Assembly: GCA_050084985.1 (NCBI GenBank)
Contig: JBITNC010000001.1
Coordinates: 116,250,001 to 116,314,000, forward strand
From: Nageia nagi
Taxonomy: Eukaryota > Plantae > Pinophyta
Length of the DNA stretch: 64,000 nucleotides
Direction: 5' to 3'
Both the position numbers and the translations under genes were made by a program. This document shows, one piece after another, positions 1 to 13,230 of the stretch (the stretch's first letter is position 1; each line of letters begins with the position of its first letter). The notes under the pieces are model-generated. The model was not told the origin of the DNA and searched no databases. It saw nothing but the letters and a program-made list of their open reading frames with translations.

Positions 1-1194
1 ATTCAAGGGCATGAATTACTCAAAATAGCATCAAATCAACAATGCTTCCATGTCCAAGTATGAGATCTCAACAATATGCAAATAAATGGAGCTACAAAAA
101 TATGGAATAAGTGGTAATGAACTTAGTAAATCAAGATGAGTGAATTACAAGCCTCAAAGAGTCCAAATATGACTCAAGAAGGAGGACATCCCACCAGGGG
201 GCTCAATCTACCAATCTCAAGACTCTAGAATGTAGCAACGAACTCTCCAAGGTAAACAAACTCCTGGAAGGATAGATGAAGAGCAAGTATCGCCAAGAAG
301 CCTCCTCAAGATGGTTGCTCCACTCAATGTCTCCTCAATAGTAACGAAGGTGTCTCCAAGTGTGTCAAATTAGTACGGCCTTCTTGGAAGACGAAGATGG
401 GTAGCCAAGACCCAAGAGATCTTCTTCAAACTGGATGTCCAAGTGTAGAAGCTTCAATAATAGTAGATTGAATCCCATACGGATCCCAACAATCTCTCAA
501 TAGTATCTCCAGATGGAGATCTCAGGAGCAGTGATGGAGTGAATCCTTGATGGATTCTAGGACTTCGTAGCAGTGGTGGAGTGAACCCTTAATGGATTCC
601 AGGACTCCACAACAGTAGTAATGGCAATCGAATAATCCAAGAAGAATGCTAGGCCTCTAGGTAGCAGTCGAATTAGCCAAGAGGAATGCTAGACCTCAAG
701 ACCTCCCTTGGAGTGATAAGAGGAAAAAGAGAGCTCACCCATGAAAATATCAATTCAAGCATGCCCCAAAATGTAGTGCTTATCCTCCTTTTATAAGTGA
801 CTTAAGATGAGAGTCAGCTCTATTACATGACCGACCTATACCTTGGAATCATAAAATTACATTAGGGGATCTCATAATGCCACCTAATACATAAAATCAC
901 ACCTAAGTGTTCCTAGAAGAGGGATGTCCCATCTTGGAGTGCTCAATTACTCATTTTTTGCACCTTATCTGGTTCGGACATCAACATAGGGTCCAAATGA
1001 TATCATAACAAATAAACCAAGGGCATGTGACAATGCGAGAAATACATCTAAGGCATGTGACAAAGCCAAAAGTAGGTGAAAATGCTAAAAGTAACAAAAA
1101 TAACTCTTTAAGTACTAAGAAATTACAATGAAGAGGAGTGTCCCCCTCCAAGTGGCCAAATAAGTGAGATGCCAAGAATTTTGGGAACCTTACA
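1..1194 (-). mobile_element. Gypsy-type LTR, partial (runs off the window start)
   Basis: Ends ...GGGAACCTTACA at 1194 (TGTAAGGTTCCC on the - strand); contains a TATA-like cttttataag near 790; resembles other LTRs in the window. Confidence 0.6.
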
Positions 1195-2140
1195 ATTATT
1201 TAATTTTCTGAGTCAAGAAGATAACAATATTCTAGGTATTTCAAGTAGTAATGATGAAATTCTTGAATTTGACAATGATTCCGTGCTTAATGATATTCAT
1301 AAACTATATCTATTACAACAATAGTGACAACCCAACAAATAATCAGCAAAAAGCCTTGAAAATTTAAGGATATAATTAAAAATAAAGAAGTCATGGTTTT
1401 AATTGAATTGAGAAGCATAGACAATTTCACTGATTTAGTATATCCAACAAAATTGAATCTATTAATGTATTAGGGATGCTGAAGAGGACTCATCCTTCAT
1501 ACAACATGAGGTGTTGGAGGGCATGGGAATGTCGGGCTCTAATAGAGTTCTACTTCAGCTTTCCAATTTTAGCAACAAGGTATTTTGGACTATATGGTTG
1601 CAACTTTTAATCTAAGGCGAAAAAAGGGTAGATGGACATGATAAGAATATAAGATTTGCTCAAGAGATTTGTAGTAATGGTGAATCATGGAGGAAAAATT
1701 TGGAGGATGGAAGAAAACTCATCCTTCATACAACTTTGGGGGGGTTGGAGGACATGCCTGCGGGATGTCAGGATCAAATGGAGTTTGGCTTCAGTTTTCT
1801 AATTTGTCTCGATATGATTTTCTATTCAAAGAACTGCCTTGAGTAACATTTGATTACAGGTCAGAGATTGAAATGTATCACTTCAATTTGTTTTTATCCA
1901 CAATTCACCCTTCAGTTTACCTGCTGTTGAGATATTTTTTGGGTGAAAGATTATGTAACAATCTCCTTTTGGTTACTTACGGATTACTGCAGTTGTAATA
2001 CCTGCAGTTAAAGAAGATAGTAGTGATGAATGTTTAGAACAATAGTCAAATACTTTGTATACTGTGAAGTCTTCTATGCTTAAAGGATTTTATTGTGTTC
2101 ATAAGCTTTAGAGCTTCATTCAATCTTGTACAATAGAGAT
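1195..2140 (+). mobile_element. Heavily decayed Ty3/Gypsy remnant (protease fragment plus duplicated pol-end/LTR junction)
   Basis: 1350-1440 reads KALKI*G..NKEVMVLIELRSIDNF, similar to the retropepsin motif VLIDSGSTHNF; ~90-bp direct repeat at ~1487-1570 and ~1717-1805. Confidence 0.45.
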
Positions 2141-2368
2141 CAAATTCCAAATGATATACAAAGGTTCTGGGAGCTTGCAAAACGTGTGATTTTTTTATAT
2201 ACATTTACCTTTTATAAAAAAGAAAAATACAATTATTTATGTCAATTATGGAAAATAGATTAATAGCTAAACTGTATTATTTAAATTTATCAATTATGAT
2301 TTGCAAATTGACAAGCGTTTATACAAAGAACTTATCTGGATGATGAAGGGTTGTAAGCTTGTTGGTAG

Positions 2369-2733
2369 CATAGTTGGAAAAATTGGATCGGAATTGGATA
2401 AAATCGCATAAAATTGGAATCGGCCAAGAAAACGATCTGATTCAAATTGGATCTGATTTTTTTCAAATAAGTGTTTATCCGATTTTTTCAGATTCCAATT
2501 CCAATTTTACTGACAAAAAAATTGTGATTTTGGCTGACGATTTTTTGCTGATTTTTTCCCATTTTTTGCCAATTTTATCTGATTTTTTGGCCGATTTTAT
2601 CCGGTTTTTTGAGATTTAGTTAAAACTGAAACAATTCCTTCATTTTTTCTCATGCCGATTTTATCCGATTTTTCAAAAAATCGGAATCCTGCAACCAAAC
2701 GATTCTGATCCGATTCTGATTTTTCTAACTATG
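2369..2733. mobile_element. hAT-type MITE (365 bp)
   Basis: Inverted termini CATAGTTGGAAAAAT / ATTTTTCTAACTATG; many internal CCGAT/ATCGG motifs; interrupts a repeat whose uninterrupted paralogue is at ~18040-18125 (- strand). Confidence 0.75.
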
Positions 2734-2939
2734 GCAACTTGTCTTCTTGGAGGGCGAACCCTAGTTGTTGTTGATCTTGATAATTTTGGAAATGATGATT
2801 CTGGAGATGATCTTGCCATAGATAATACTGAAATTGATATGCAAATGATCCAAAATGACTTGGTTCGTCTGTGAGGGTTGCTGAGGCTTGAGATTTGAAT
2901 GTTGGTGCATTGGCCATGTGATGCAAGAGCATTAGGAAT

Positions 2940-3072
2940 TCTGGGTCTGGGTGCCAAAACGGTGGGCATTCTAGTTATGGGTGCCAAAATGTGGGCGTTT
3001 TGCGTATGGGTGCCAAAATGTGGGCATTTTGGGTATGGGTGCTAGAACGTGGGTGTTCTAGCCTGGATGCCC
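2940..3072. repeat. ~28-bp degenerate tandem repeat (GGGTGCCAAAATGTGGGCATTTT...), 4-5 copies, within a dispersed repeat family also present at ~16250-16810 and ~17460-18250
   Basis: Unit repetition is visible; 2300-2900 shows reverse-complement similarity to 17900-18150. Confidence 0.6.
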
Positions 3073-3241
3073 ATTTGACATGTGCTTCACCCCGTCAGCT
3101 ATTTTTGATAATCTAGATGATGTCATTGTGATGATAGAAGATTAAACTTGTGAAACAATAATTTCCTAGGAAATCATTTAAGTTATTTAAAAATAACTGC
3201 AAGTGGGTTTAGAATTGAGACTTTATTTAAATCAAATAAAA

Positions 3242-4035
3242 CCTATGTTCCATGGGGATGTGTACCCATCGTGAAGGGTCCTGAACCATTGAACTCAATG
3301 TTTTGGGGACTCAGGGATGGGTACAAAACATCCCTAGGATGGCCCCTTCAAAATAGATTTTGGGCCAGTTGTCCTTAGGACATTTTGTGTCTGCGGGAGT
3401 CAAACTTGAGATATCCTCCTTTTGGGGACATTATGGGGGGATGCCTAGGCATCCTTGGGACAACAGGAATGAGGTTTCCCCGTCCCATAATGTCTCAGAG
3501 ACTTTGAGGCATCTCGGGGACGTCTAGCCATCCCCAAGATGTCTAAGCATCTCACAAACGTGTTGGGGATGTTTAGGCATACCCCACAACTAGATGCACA
3601 CAACCAATGAAATAAATAAAAAATTTCAATTTAAAAAATAACAAGCAAAAGGCGTGTGGCGAAGACTCCCTTCCTTTACCCTAAATCCCTCTAAACAAAA
3701 ACACGAATGTGAAAATTAGTTCACTCATTTGACATTTTACATTTGCCATTTGGAGGCTGCATCGTGGAGGGGAAAAACACAATTGTTTTTCAATCATTAT
3801 TATGCTTTTATATGTTCTGTTTTAAATTTGACTATGAAATCATAATTGTACTGAAGAATTCATTCGTATTTACTATTGAGATCTTATTATTGTTTCATTA
3901 TTGATTATTCATATTGAAATGCTAATGGAAGCGTTTACCTGACTTTCTTGGTACGACAGTTGGCTTGGGGTATGACTAGGGGATGCCAATGGCGTCTCTT
4001 GATTGTTCTAGGGACCACTGCCTGTCCCTAATGGA
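3242..4035. mobile_element. Non-autonomous hAT-like element fragment rich in GGGGAC/GTCCCC motifs
   Basis: Terminus CCTATGTTCCATGGGGATG resembles the reverse complement of the element end at ~30125-30145; repeated GGGGAC motifs. Confidence 0.45.
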
Positions 4036-4642
4036 TCTGGCCAGATGTAGAAAAAAAATAACAGTGAAAACATTAAAAAAATGGGGTGGTGGGTCCCACC
4101 AAGGCCCCTTCAGCCCCTTTTACCATGCAAATCCTAATTCTAAACCTATTTTACTCAACACAATGCAACACTTTCACACACAACAGCCAAGTTTCATGTT
4201 TTCAACACAACAGTGGAGCAAAGTTTGCAAACAGTCTCAACACCAGCTAACAAATTTTGCTTGACTCAATCCAAGGGAGAAGGTATTTATTATAACTTCC
4301 TGGTCATAAACTAAGTAATGATAGATTGTTTCAGTGTCTTAGAATGACATGCAATAGGATTTAGGATGCCCATTACCGATGTCAAATGAAATCTACAATA
4401 GTTTGCTTTCAAGTCTTGGCCCATGAAAAATCCTGTCTGGAATGTCATCTAAGCAATATATTTTTGTTCTAGTAACTATTGGAATATGAATTATTTAAAC
4501 TTACTAGGTGCATATGTTTTTCAATATGTATTATAATTATATGTACTACAGTGTTTAGACTGTCCAAGTTTAGAAAGACCAAGTCCCGAGTCAAGTTAGG
4601 GTTGTTGAGTTGATATTAGTCTTTTCAAGATATACAAGTTTG

Positions 4643-5136
4643 TGAAGAGAATTTGAGAACCTCTTTCTAGAAATATAGTGCAGAATGAAATCATACAATT
4701 GAAGCAATCAATGATATGCAACCATAATGAACACTAATATTTACCCCTAAAAAACCTTTGAAAGGGAAAAACCAGCAAAAACAGAGCCACACCTTCTATA
4801 TTATATTAGGTTTTTTTTGTTATGCCACAAGCTCACATTACAATACAATATATTGGGAACTTGTAGCATCATTATAACTCTAAACCACAAAGTGGCATTA
4901 CAACCCATACCCATAAACAATGGGCTAAAACCACCCATACACATATATCTATTGTACTTTGGTGAATCCTTGAGAATCTCACAACGAAGGTAGAAAATCT
5001 GATGAATCTAGAATAGCCAATTGGCGGATCCCAAAAACGTTTTCTCAAGGGTGCTGCACCCGGGACCCCGCTCTTGCCTCCTCATGTGTACAATACTTTT
5101 TACTGCTAAGGATGCAATCATGCAACAAATCCAACA
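4643..5136 (-). mobile_element. Solo LTR, Copia-like (494 bp)
   Basis: TG...CA termini with a perfect 5-bp TSD GTTTG (4638-4642, 5137-5141); internal AAAAACC..GGGAAAAACCA motif is typical of plant Copia LTRs read in reverse. Confidence 0.75.
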
Positions 5137-5957
5137 GTTTGTTAGTCTGGTGGGTCTAGGTCTAGACTCTACAAGTCTTTGTTATTGGAAAGGGACGAAA
5201 ACCAAAGAAAACAAACAGACAAAAAATCTATTAAACTTGCATGTTTCACATATTTTTGTCTGGATTTGTTGGATATTATCTGTATGGTTAATTGGTTAGA
5301 TTTTATGTAATGAAGTTTATTTGTCACTGAATGGATAAAAGTAACTTTGAGTGAATAACTTAATAGGAACAGCAGCATAAAGAACGGCAGATTGCATAAA
5401 TAGGAACAAGAAGTTAAATTTATCTACTATTTATAGCAATTTACTTTGAGTTTGAAGTAGAAGGTTCAGTAACTTGAGTTAAATTGCATAAATCTACTAT
5501 TTATGTGTGTAAAAAACATCAGTCTGGAGCAACCTAGCTCAACCTAGCTATATACCACTTACCATCTGATTTAAAGTTTAAGCATTTGCTTCCATGGAAT
5601 TGCCGTTCCTTATCACAGATCACTGTGAAAGCATTATTTGAATTTCAAAATGAAATAACCCTGAACCCTGGTAATAGACTTATAGAGACAATGAGAAGTT
5701 TGTGTTGTGTAGAGCAGCACTATTTACAACTTTACAAGCTATTTAATAGTAAAACATCAGAAAAGCAGAATAGGAAGCATTAATAGGAACAACAGCATCA
5801 TTTACAAGTTATTCACAACTTACAAGCTATTTGTGCTGTGTTAACAAAACTTTGTTTGCAGAATAGGAACAGCAGAGTAAGAACAACAGAATAAGGAGAA
5901 CAAAACAGTAACACTAACAGCAAAACACACAAGAGGAACAAGACAACATCAAAAGGA

Positions 5958-6775
5958 TGTAATATTTCAAAATTAAGGCATTGCATTCTTACATGCCAAA
6001 TTAAGTGGGACGCTTCTTTTCATTGTGTTTTTCTAGCAATTAGGAATATTTTAATATTTTTGTAATAGTCTAGTGTTGGTGGGACACGTAAAAATATGAA
6101 TTTAACCCTACGATGATGTGCGTGGCATTCTTGGGTGAAAAAACTAGAAATTAGGCACTCCAAGGGTGGATGTTACACCTCTAGGTGTGTTAGAATGATT
6201 TTGAGTTAAAATAAGTGTTTTTATTATTTTATTAGTAAATGTGGGCCATATTTGTAATTTGAGGACCTTGTTTACTCTTCAAAGGTGGATGCCCAATTTA
6301 GGAAGGTTTAATTATTAATTAGGAGCAATTTTATTACTGGGTTGGGTCGGCCAACCACGAATTAGAATAAGACATCTCCTTGTGCTCTATAAAAGGAGGA
6401 TGCATCATTGGAGGATATCATATGCTATCTTTTATCAAACCCCTTTCGGTGGAGCGCAAGCTTCTCTTCTTCTCATGGAGATGAAACCCTTCAAGAAAAA
6501 CCCCATCTTGCTGATGAAACCTCTCTTGGTGGAATAGGCCCTGACACCTCATATATTCAGAAAATTAGCCTCAGATACCCTTGGTGCAATTTGAGTGAAG
6601 ATATACACCAACCATCCAGTTTCGAAGATGAAGCATGGATCCTAGAATCCATTCCAGCCCTAGGAAGTGAGACGTCAACTTCAAGGAGACAGTTTAGTGC
6701 ATTTTCGGAATCTTCATTGTGGTGTCATAGCTCCTTGGTGAGAGTCTAGGAGAAATATATGAGACATTTGACAAC
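5958..6775 (+). mobile_element. Truncated Gypsy-type LTR inserted in a decayed hAT element
   Basis: Starts TGTAATATTTC; TATA box ctctataaaagg at ~6385; no matching TSD found. Confidence 0.55.
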
Positions 6776-6779
6776 ATGT

Positions 6780-7575
6780 TGGGGTAAATGAAGATCATTA
6801 AAGAGAGAGAACCTGAAATGCATTTCTATGAGGACCATATTAGGCCAATTATTCAGAGGAGATGGGATATGATGAAAACTGGCAAATGAAGATCATTAGA
6901 GAGAGAGAACTTGAAATGCATTTCTATAAGGACCATATTAGGCCAATTATTCAAAGGAGATGGGATAGGATGAGCACTCCTATCCACATGGTTTCATTGG
7001 CAATAAACCCCAAGTGGTATGGACTCAAGCTAGGAAGAGTGCTTGCAAATAAGGATAATGAGTTTAGAATTGGGTTAAATAATGCCTTTAAGAAGATGTT
7101 TCCTAAGTAGGAGGCAACTAAACCTTGAGATGAGTGGTTGAAATTTGTCAAGCTTAGAGGCCCAAAATTCAATACTCCAGAGTGTAGAGAGGATAGGGCT
7201 ACCATTTCCCAATCAGATCCCCTTGGATAGTGGCAATTGTATGGGTAGGATTCATTAAACCTTATTCTACTTGTAGTGAGGCTTCTTTCATAGGCTGCCA
7301 ATTCTTTTATTGCTTAGAGGAATTGGTCAACGTATAGCTTCATCCATAGTGTGAGGAGGAATAGACTTACCTCTCAAAGAGTTGAGAAGCTAATTGTTGT
7401 ACATAACTCCGCCCTCCTTCAAGAGAGATTTACTCCAAAATATAGACAATATCCAACTTCGCAGTGGGATTTTGATCCAAAGAATGCTAGGTAGATTGAC
7501 GAGGATGATGAACAGTTTGGGTTGGTTGAAGTGGAATTGGATAGCCTTGTCCTTGATGATGATATTTAGAAGGAT
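6780..7575 (+). pseudogene. Decayed hAT transposase, C-terminal part including the dimerisation domain (element probably begins ~4548, CAGTGTT)
   Basis: Reads RRWDRMSTPIHMVSLAINPKWY ... RNWSTYSFIHSVRRNRLTSQRVEKL with several stops; ~97-bp tandem duplication at 6786-6967. Confidence 0.85.
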
Positions 7576-7733
7576 GATTAATTAGATGAGGATGATTAAT
7601 CAAAGGGAATTCTACCACATGAGCCACAACTATAGTTTGATTAGGGCCTTTGGCATTGTTATGAATTGTATTCAATATCATCATGTCTTTGGCTCTTATT
7701 ATATGAGACTTATGGCGATATTGATTTGAGATT

Positions 7734-8110
7734 TTAATTTAACTCTTTTGATTGTTTCATTTCTAGCACTATACCATATAGCTTGGCAAAGATGTACTTG
7801 ATCATAATAGTCCTATAATTGTTAGGAATGGAACTATCATCTAATTTTTGGATGGGGTGAATAATGTGTTGCGACCAAGAGGGGAGAATTCCCAAGCAAA
7901 TGACTTTATTAAAAAGCCTAGAAAGAGGGAAAGCAAGTGAATCAACTCCACATTTGAAGAACTTCACCTAAAAGCGCTCATAATCTATATATTTATTAGT
8001 GTTGAGCTTCTAAATAGCCTTCTTGATATCGCTAGTATGAGAGAAGTGGTAGGAGGAAGTCGGGAAGAAACATGGATGGTGAGCTAGCCTAGGATAGGAT
8101 CATTGAATGA
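7734..8110 (-). mobile_element. LINE reverse-transcriptase fragment (same family as 18290-20830 and 59900-62647)
   Basis: Reads LPSWSQHIIHPIQK..DSSIPNNYRTIMIKYIFAKLYG. Confidence 0.8.
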
Positions 8111-9294
8111 GATTGTGAATGGGTCTTTGATCATTATCATATTCAAGCTATAAAAAGCTTAGAGATATATATCTAGGCCTTGACCTTTTCCAAATTAATC
8201 ATAGTTGATAACACCCACTAATTGGTCTCAACATTAAAAATTATTCAATCCAATATCTTGTCAAATTAGACAATCATTTTTTTTCCATTCTTTAGTTCAT
8301 GTGGTATGGCTGAAGTCATATTGGATGTGCATCAAAATCAAGCGAATGCAGTGAGCTTCAATGACACCCTTCAAATCCTTATACATCCATTGGAATACAT
8401 CTTTTTACTTTAGGAAACTTTGGAATGCTTTACTTTCCACACCTGCTTCATAATAAAAAATAACATGAATCTTTTGTGGAATGAACTTTGTCTCTAATTG
8501 CAACTTCTTCAACAATGGACCTTGAAACTTGATGCATTATGTGTTGGAGAGTCATGCGCTTGTGTGCTATCAATCTAAGACTTACCCACTTCAAAGTTTG
8601 TGAAATATGAAGGAAACTTGCTCTCATTGTTGTCTTGCACTACTTTGCCTTAATCCCCCATTAGACTATTGTCTTTAGTTCTTGACAACTAATTCCTAAA
8701 GAATATCAATTGTGATTGACATCATCAACATGCTTGTTGAAACCTCCTTGATATTTCATGTAGGAACATGATGATTTGAACATTTTATAGTAAACCATTT
8801 TCCAATGTAGTAATTTATTGTCCAAATTATCATCTCTTGACCACACTATGAATGGGAGCACTAAATTGCCTGTTGTTGATCATATTGTTGACATCATCAT
8901 CCGTGGGATCCAATGAATCGAAGTTCGAAAATGTAGGGTCACAACTGCAATTATGTGTCATAAGCTTGTGGCTAACCTTCCACACTTTGTGCTCAAGGGG
9001 GTTAAGATGCCCTCCATGTTGATCTCAACTAAGGCTATTCTCATCCAATCATGTCCCAAAAGCACATCGTACTGGGCTTGAGAAGGGAAATCACTTAGGA
9101 GTCTACAACGAATGCATTCTTTCGGAACTTAATTTTATGCACCATCAACATAGCCACAGGCTTCTCTCCAAATTGCTCAACTTTTGACTACTTACATCTT
9201 GACTACCACAATGCCTACTTGGACAAATTTTTCTGATTTTATTTCACAAGACATTCACTCTAAATCATTTGGTGTCAATAACGTCTGTTTGAAG

Positions 9295-12200
9295 CATAGT
9301 AGTAAATCTCGGACTCGGCTCGGACTCGCCGAGGCCCACTCGGACTCGAGACTCGGGACTCGGCAAAAACTCGGCAAAAGAAAAAATAAAAAAAATATGT
9401 ATTTTTTCACTGAAAACATAAGTTTTTTCAATTGCATATTACTTATTATTGTTATTAGTGTCTTCTAGAAGCCTACTTACTCAACATCAACATTATACAA
9501 TTTACAATATACACAATTACGAATAAGAAAAAATGAATAGGAAGGGGCATATGTTTATATTCATCAAAATGTTAAAACTTCAAAGTTCACAATACAAAAT
9601 GTGCCTATGAGGCTAAGATGGCTACAAAATACAAAAGCACACAATCTAATATCTAATTCTATGATGGCTGAAAACTTCAATTTTTTGTCATCCTTTTCCC
9701 CTTTGCCCTAGCATAAGATACAAGTTCCTTTTGTGCCTGAGCTACGGAACTAGATGGCACTTCCCCTTCTTGTACCCTTTGCTCTTCTTGCCCCTTTGCT
9801 GCCAACTCCTCAGCTAGAATTTCAAGATCATCAAAGACAATGTTAGGAATATTAGGATGTTGTAAAGGTTGATCCTCATCATCTGAAGACTCATCCACAT
9901 CCCCTGAAGGCTGACCCTGATCCTGTAAAGGCTGATCCTGATCCTGTAAAGGCTGATCGTCTACGATCCATTCACTGGATGGATCAATGGCATCAAGCTC
10001 AATGGCCTCATAATCTATACCTGCAATGTTTGCATAAAGTTCAATATCAATTTCTTAAATTTGTTTTCCAACTTAAAAGAGTTGTATATTTTATGAAATT
10101 GTAGATAATGGCCTCATAATCTAGATTCTATACCTGCAACTTTTTTATGGTGGAGGAGTAGATTGTAGTGAACAAACACAAGATCATTTAATTTTTCTTG
10201 TGTTAACCTGTTTCTCCTTTTGGAGTGAATGTGCTCAAAGATACTCCAATTACGCTCACAACCAGAAGCACTGCATGGTTGGGATAATACACGGATTGCA
10301 AAATTTTGTAGGTTGGGTGTAAATGACCCAAAATCCTCCCACCATAAGTCTGAAAAAATCCAATAAAAATAGATTTAATACACCACAAGTTCACATGTAA
10401 AAATTGAAACTAAGATTAAAAGATTAAAGTTTAATGTTTAATATTTAAATAACTTACGTGGTAGCAAAGTATCAACTGCTTTGGCACATTCAGGGGAACT
10501 GAAAAGGATGCCGGTGGCACTTTTTAATGCTTGCATCTCAGTTTGTATTGCTGAGCGAATGTTTGGATCAGCCACCAAACGGTCAATAGCAATCCTTAAT
10601 CCTGACATCACCTCATAATCCTTACATTTTTTTCCAAACCAAAATTTGGGATTAAAATAGTAAGCTGCTGCATGAAGAGAGCTATGAAGTTGGAATGTCC
10701 AACGACGATCAATGAGATCCCAAAGGGGTTGGTATTTGGCCTTATCGATGTTATAATGTTTAGCAATAGCTTGTTTGGCCCTTTCCATGGCCTCAAACAC
10801 ATAACCCATAGGTGGTTTGTCTCCATCAACAAGACGAAGAACTGTCACCAAAGGCTCTACTATCTGGAAAAAAAAATATTTAAATTCAATATAAAGTTTA
10901 AAACTTTAAAGTTAAACAAAAAAATAAAATTAAAAGTTTAATCTTGTAAATTGTACCTTGATGGCCTCCTCCATGGCCATCCAGAAGGGCTCCTCAAATA
11001 AGATGTCATAGACACTCTTCCATTCGGTGGTGCCTTTGAACCTAGCTCCAGCTTCCGTGAGCCACTCATCACCAACAAACATCTTCTTCATTGCCCCCTA
11101 GATATCAAATTTATGATTGAAGTTAGTTAATCTAATCACAAATCAAAAATTAAAAATAAATAACAATTATCATGTGTATGATTATGTTACGATGAAGTTA
11201 TCAACCTGTGCCTGGAAGAGACTCTGCAAAGTAATAAAAGTTGTGGCAAATCGTGTAATCCCAGGCCGTGCTATCTCCCTGCCACTAGTGTATTGCCTCA
11301 TAAGATGCAACACCCATGAATGATTGTAAACATATTTGACCACATGCTTTGCCTTCTCAACAATCGTGGCCAGCCAAGGTAATTTGCCAATGTCCTCCAG
11401 TAGCAAATCAAGACAATGGGCTGCACATGGGGTCCATACAAGTGTTTGGTATTTGCCCTCCAAAATCCTTCCTGCTCTCTTATAAGCTGAAGCATTATCC
11501 GTGATGATCTGGACAACATTTTCAGCTCCAACCTCATCCACTATGCTACCCAACAAGGCTGCAAGACGTACTCCATTCTTCACAATGCCAGATGCATCTA
11601 CTAATCTCAAGAATACAATGCCTTCACATGAGGCAACCAAGAAATTGATCAATGTTCTACCCCTACCATCTTCCCAACCATCTGACATAATCGTGCACCC
11701 TGATGTGTGCCAACTCTCACGTTGCTTATGAAGCAACGTTTGAATGTCCTGCACAGCCTCGTCAAGGAGAGGACCCCTCAAATCATAATATGTGGGTGCC
11801 TTAAATCCTTGACCGCATGCTGCAATAGCCTCTACCATGCCCCGCCAATATGGAGACCTAGCCACATTGAATGGGATGTCTGAAAAAAACCAAAATGCAG
11901 CTATCGCCTTCCTGGCTTGCTTGTGTCTCTCCTCGTTCCATGCAGTCATACCATGCAATGTGGGTTGTGACCCTGGACTGGAACGTGAAGCAAAAAAAGA
12001 TCCGGGTTTTGCAATTGAGGCAATGCTAGAGCTATTGCCACCACTACCACTAGCAACTCCTCTGCTAGGAAATGGTGATGGCGTATATGTGCTACCTGTC
12101 TCTCCAAGGGGGTTTGCCATGGCCACATCATGTTTCCTTTTCAATTCCTTCTTCTCTTTATAACCAATGAGAGATGCATTGCACTCTTGCTGAACCTCTA

Positions 12201-13230
12201 GGGGAACTGTAGGGCATGGCTTAACTTCTTTCCCTACTATCCTGGCTAAGTGATACTTGAGGCGGTTTATGCCTCCACTCATATCAAAATTACAAAAGAG
12301 GCATATCACACCTCCTTTGTGTTTTGATTTTCCAGGATTCACATATTTCCATGCAGCATCTTTCTTCCCTGGAGGTAATGTTGTGGGTATTGTTGGCTGC
12401 TCATGAGGTAGACTAGCCTCACTAGCCATGATCCTGCAGCTGCACAAGAAAAATAAAAAATAATAAGATACAAAAATTAAATTTAAATAGAAAAATAAAA
12501 AATATAAGCACATGCCACAAGCTAAAAAAAATGGCTTAAATCACAAATAAAAAATGGTACTTAAAATTTTTGGCACCCGTCCAAGTATTAAATTTAGTCC
12601 CTTTACGGGGTTCCAAGGGGCAGCGCCCCTGGCGTGCCACCCCCGTCACGAGACGGGGCTTCAAATTTTTTCGAAAGGGTACAAACGGGCGTTCGGGAAG
12701 AGATCTGGGCTAAAAATTACACTATTCCAATTCGTTTGTATCTTACCCCTAAACCCCCTATTTTTACCTCGCGCAAATTAATTCCCTAAGTGTAATTTCC
12801 AAAGTTAAACTACTAATAATATTCGGCGAAAAAAAGAATATAGAAGGTAGAGAAATAAAATTACTTACCTCAAAATTTAGCACGGATAAAATTCGGTTGG
12901 TCTAGTTGCAAAATGCTTCTCTCCCTCTCTTTCGCCCTTCTTCTAACAAACTGCACCGCCAAAATGACCAAAAAAGACTAGAAAAAGTAATAAAAGGCAG
13001 AAACTGGGCACTTTTTCTCAAACTGGGCACTTTTTCTCTTGCTGGTCGTGTCAGACGAGTTTTGGCGAGTCCGCGGCTAGAAACTCGCGAGTCTCGCCGG
13101 GACTCGGGACTCGCCAAGACTCGCCAAAACTCGCCGAGTCCGGCGAGTCCGAGCTGCCAAGACTCGGCCAGACAGACTCGGACTCGGGACTCGCGAGTTT
13201 TGGCGATTCCCGGCGAGTTTTGCTACTATG
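9295..13230 (-). mobile_element. Complete hAT DNA transposon (3936 bp)
   Basis: Perfect 8-bp TSD GTTTGAAG (9287-9294, 13231-13238); TIRs CATAGTAGTAAATCTCG / CATAGTAGCAAAACTCG; subterminal GACTCG/CGAGTC arrays at both ends. Confidence 0.97.
9677..12429 (-). CDS. hAT transposase, 776 aa (BED zinc finger, DUF659, hAT dimerisation domain); coding exons 12429-11206, 11097-10957, 10863-10458, 10349-10134, 10020-9677; probable 5'UTR intron 12869-12434
   Basis: Manual GT-AG splicing gives an uninterrupted ORF with AWKY..CLFC..GGINRLKYHLA, SDGW, VVQIITDNAS, WTPCAAHCLDL and SASGCERNWS..HSKRRNRL. Confidence 0.93.

Noticed and set aside
12430-12513. Hydrophobic N-terminus (signal or transmembrane segment) of the 443-aa ORF
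   Set aside because: It is the translated T-rich 3' end of an intron (acceptor CAG at 12436-12434); the likely start is the ATG at 12429.
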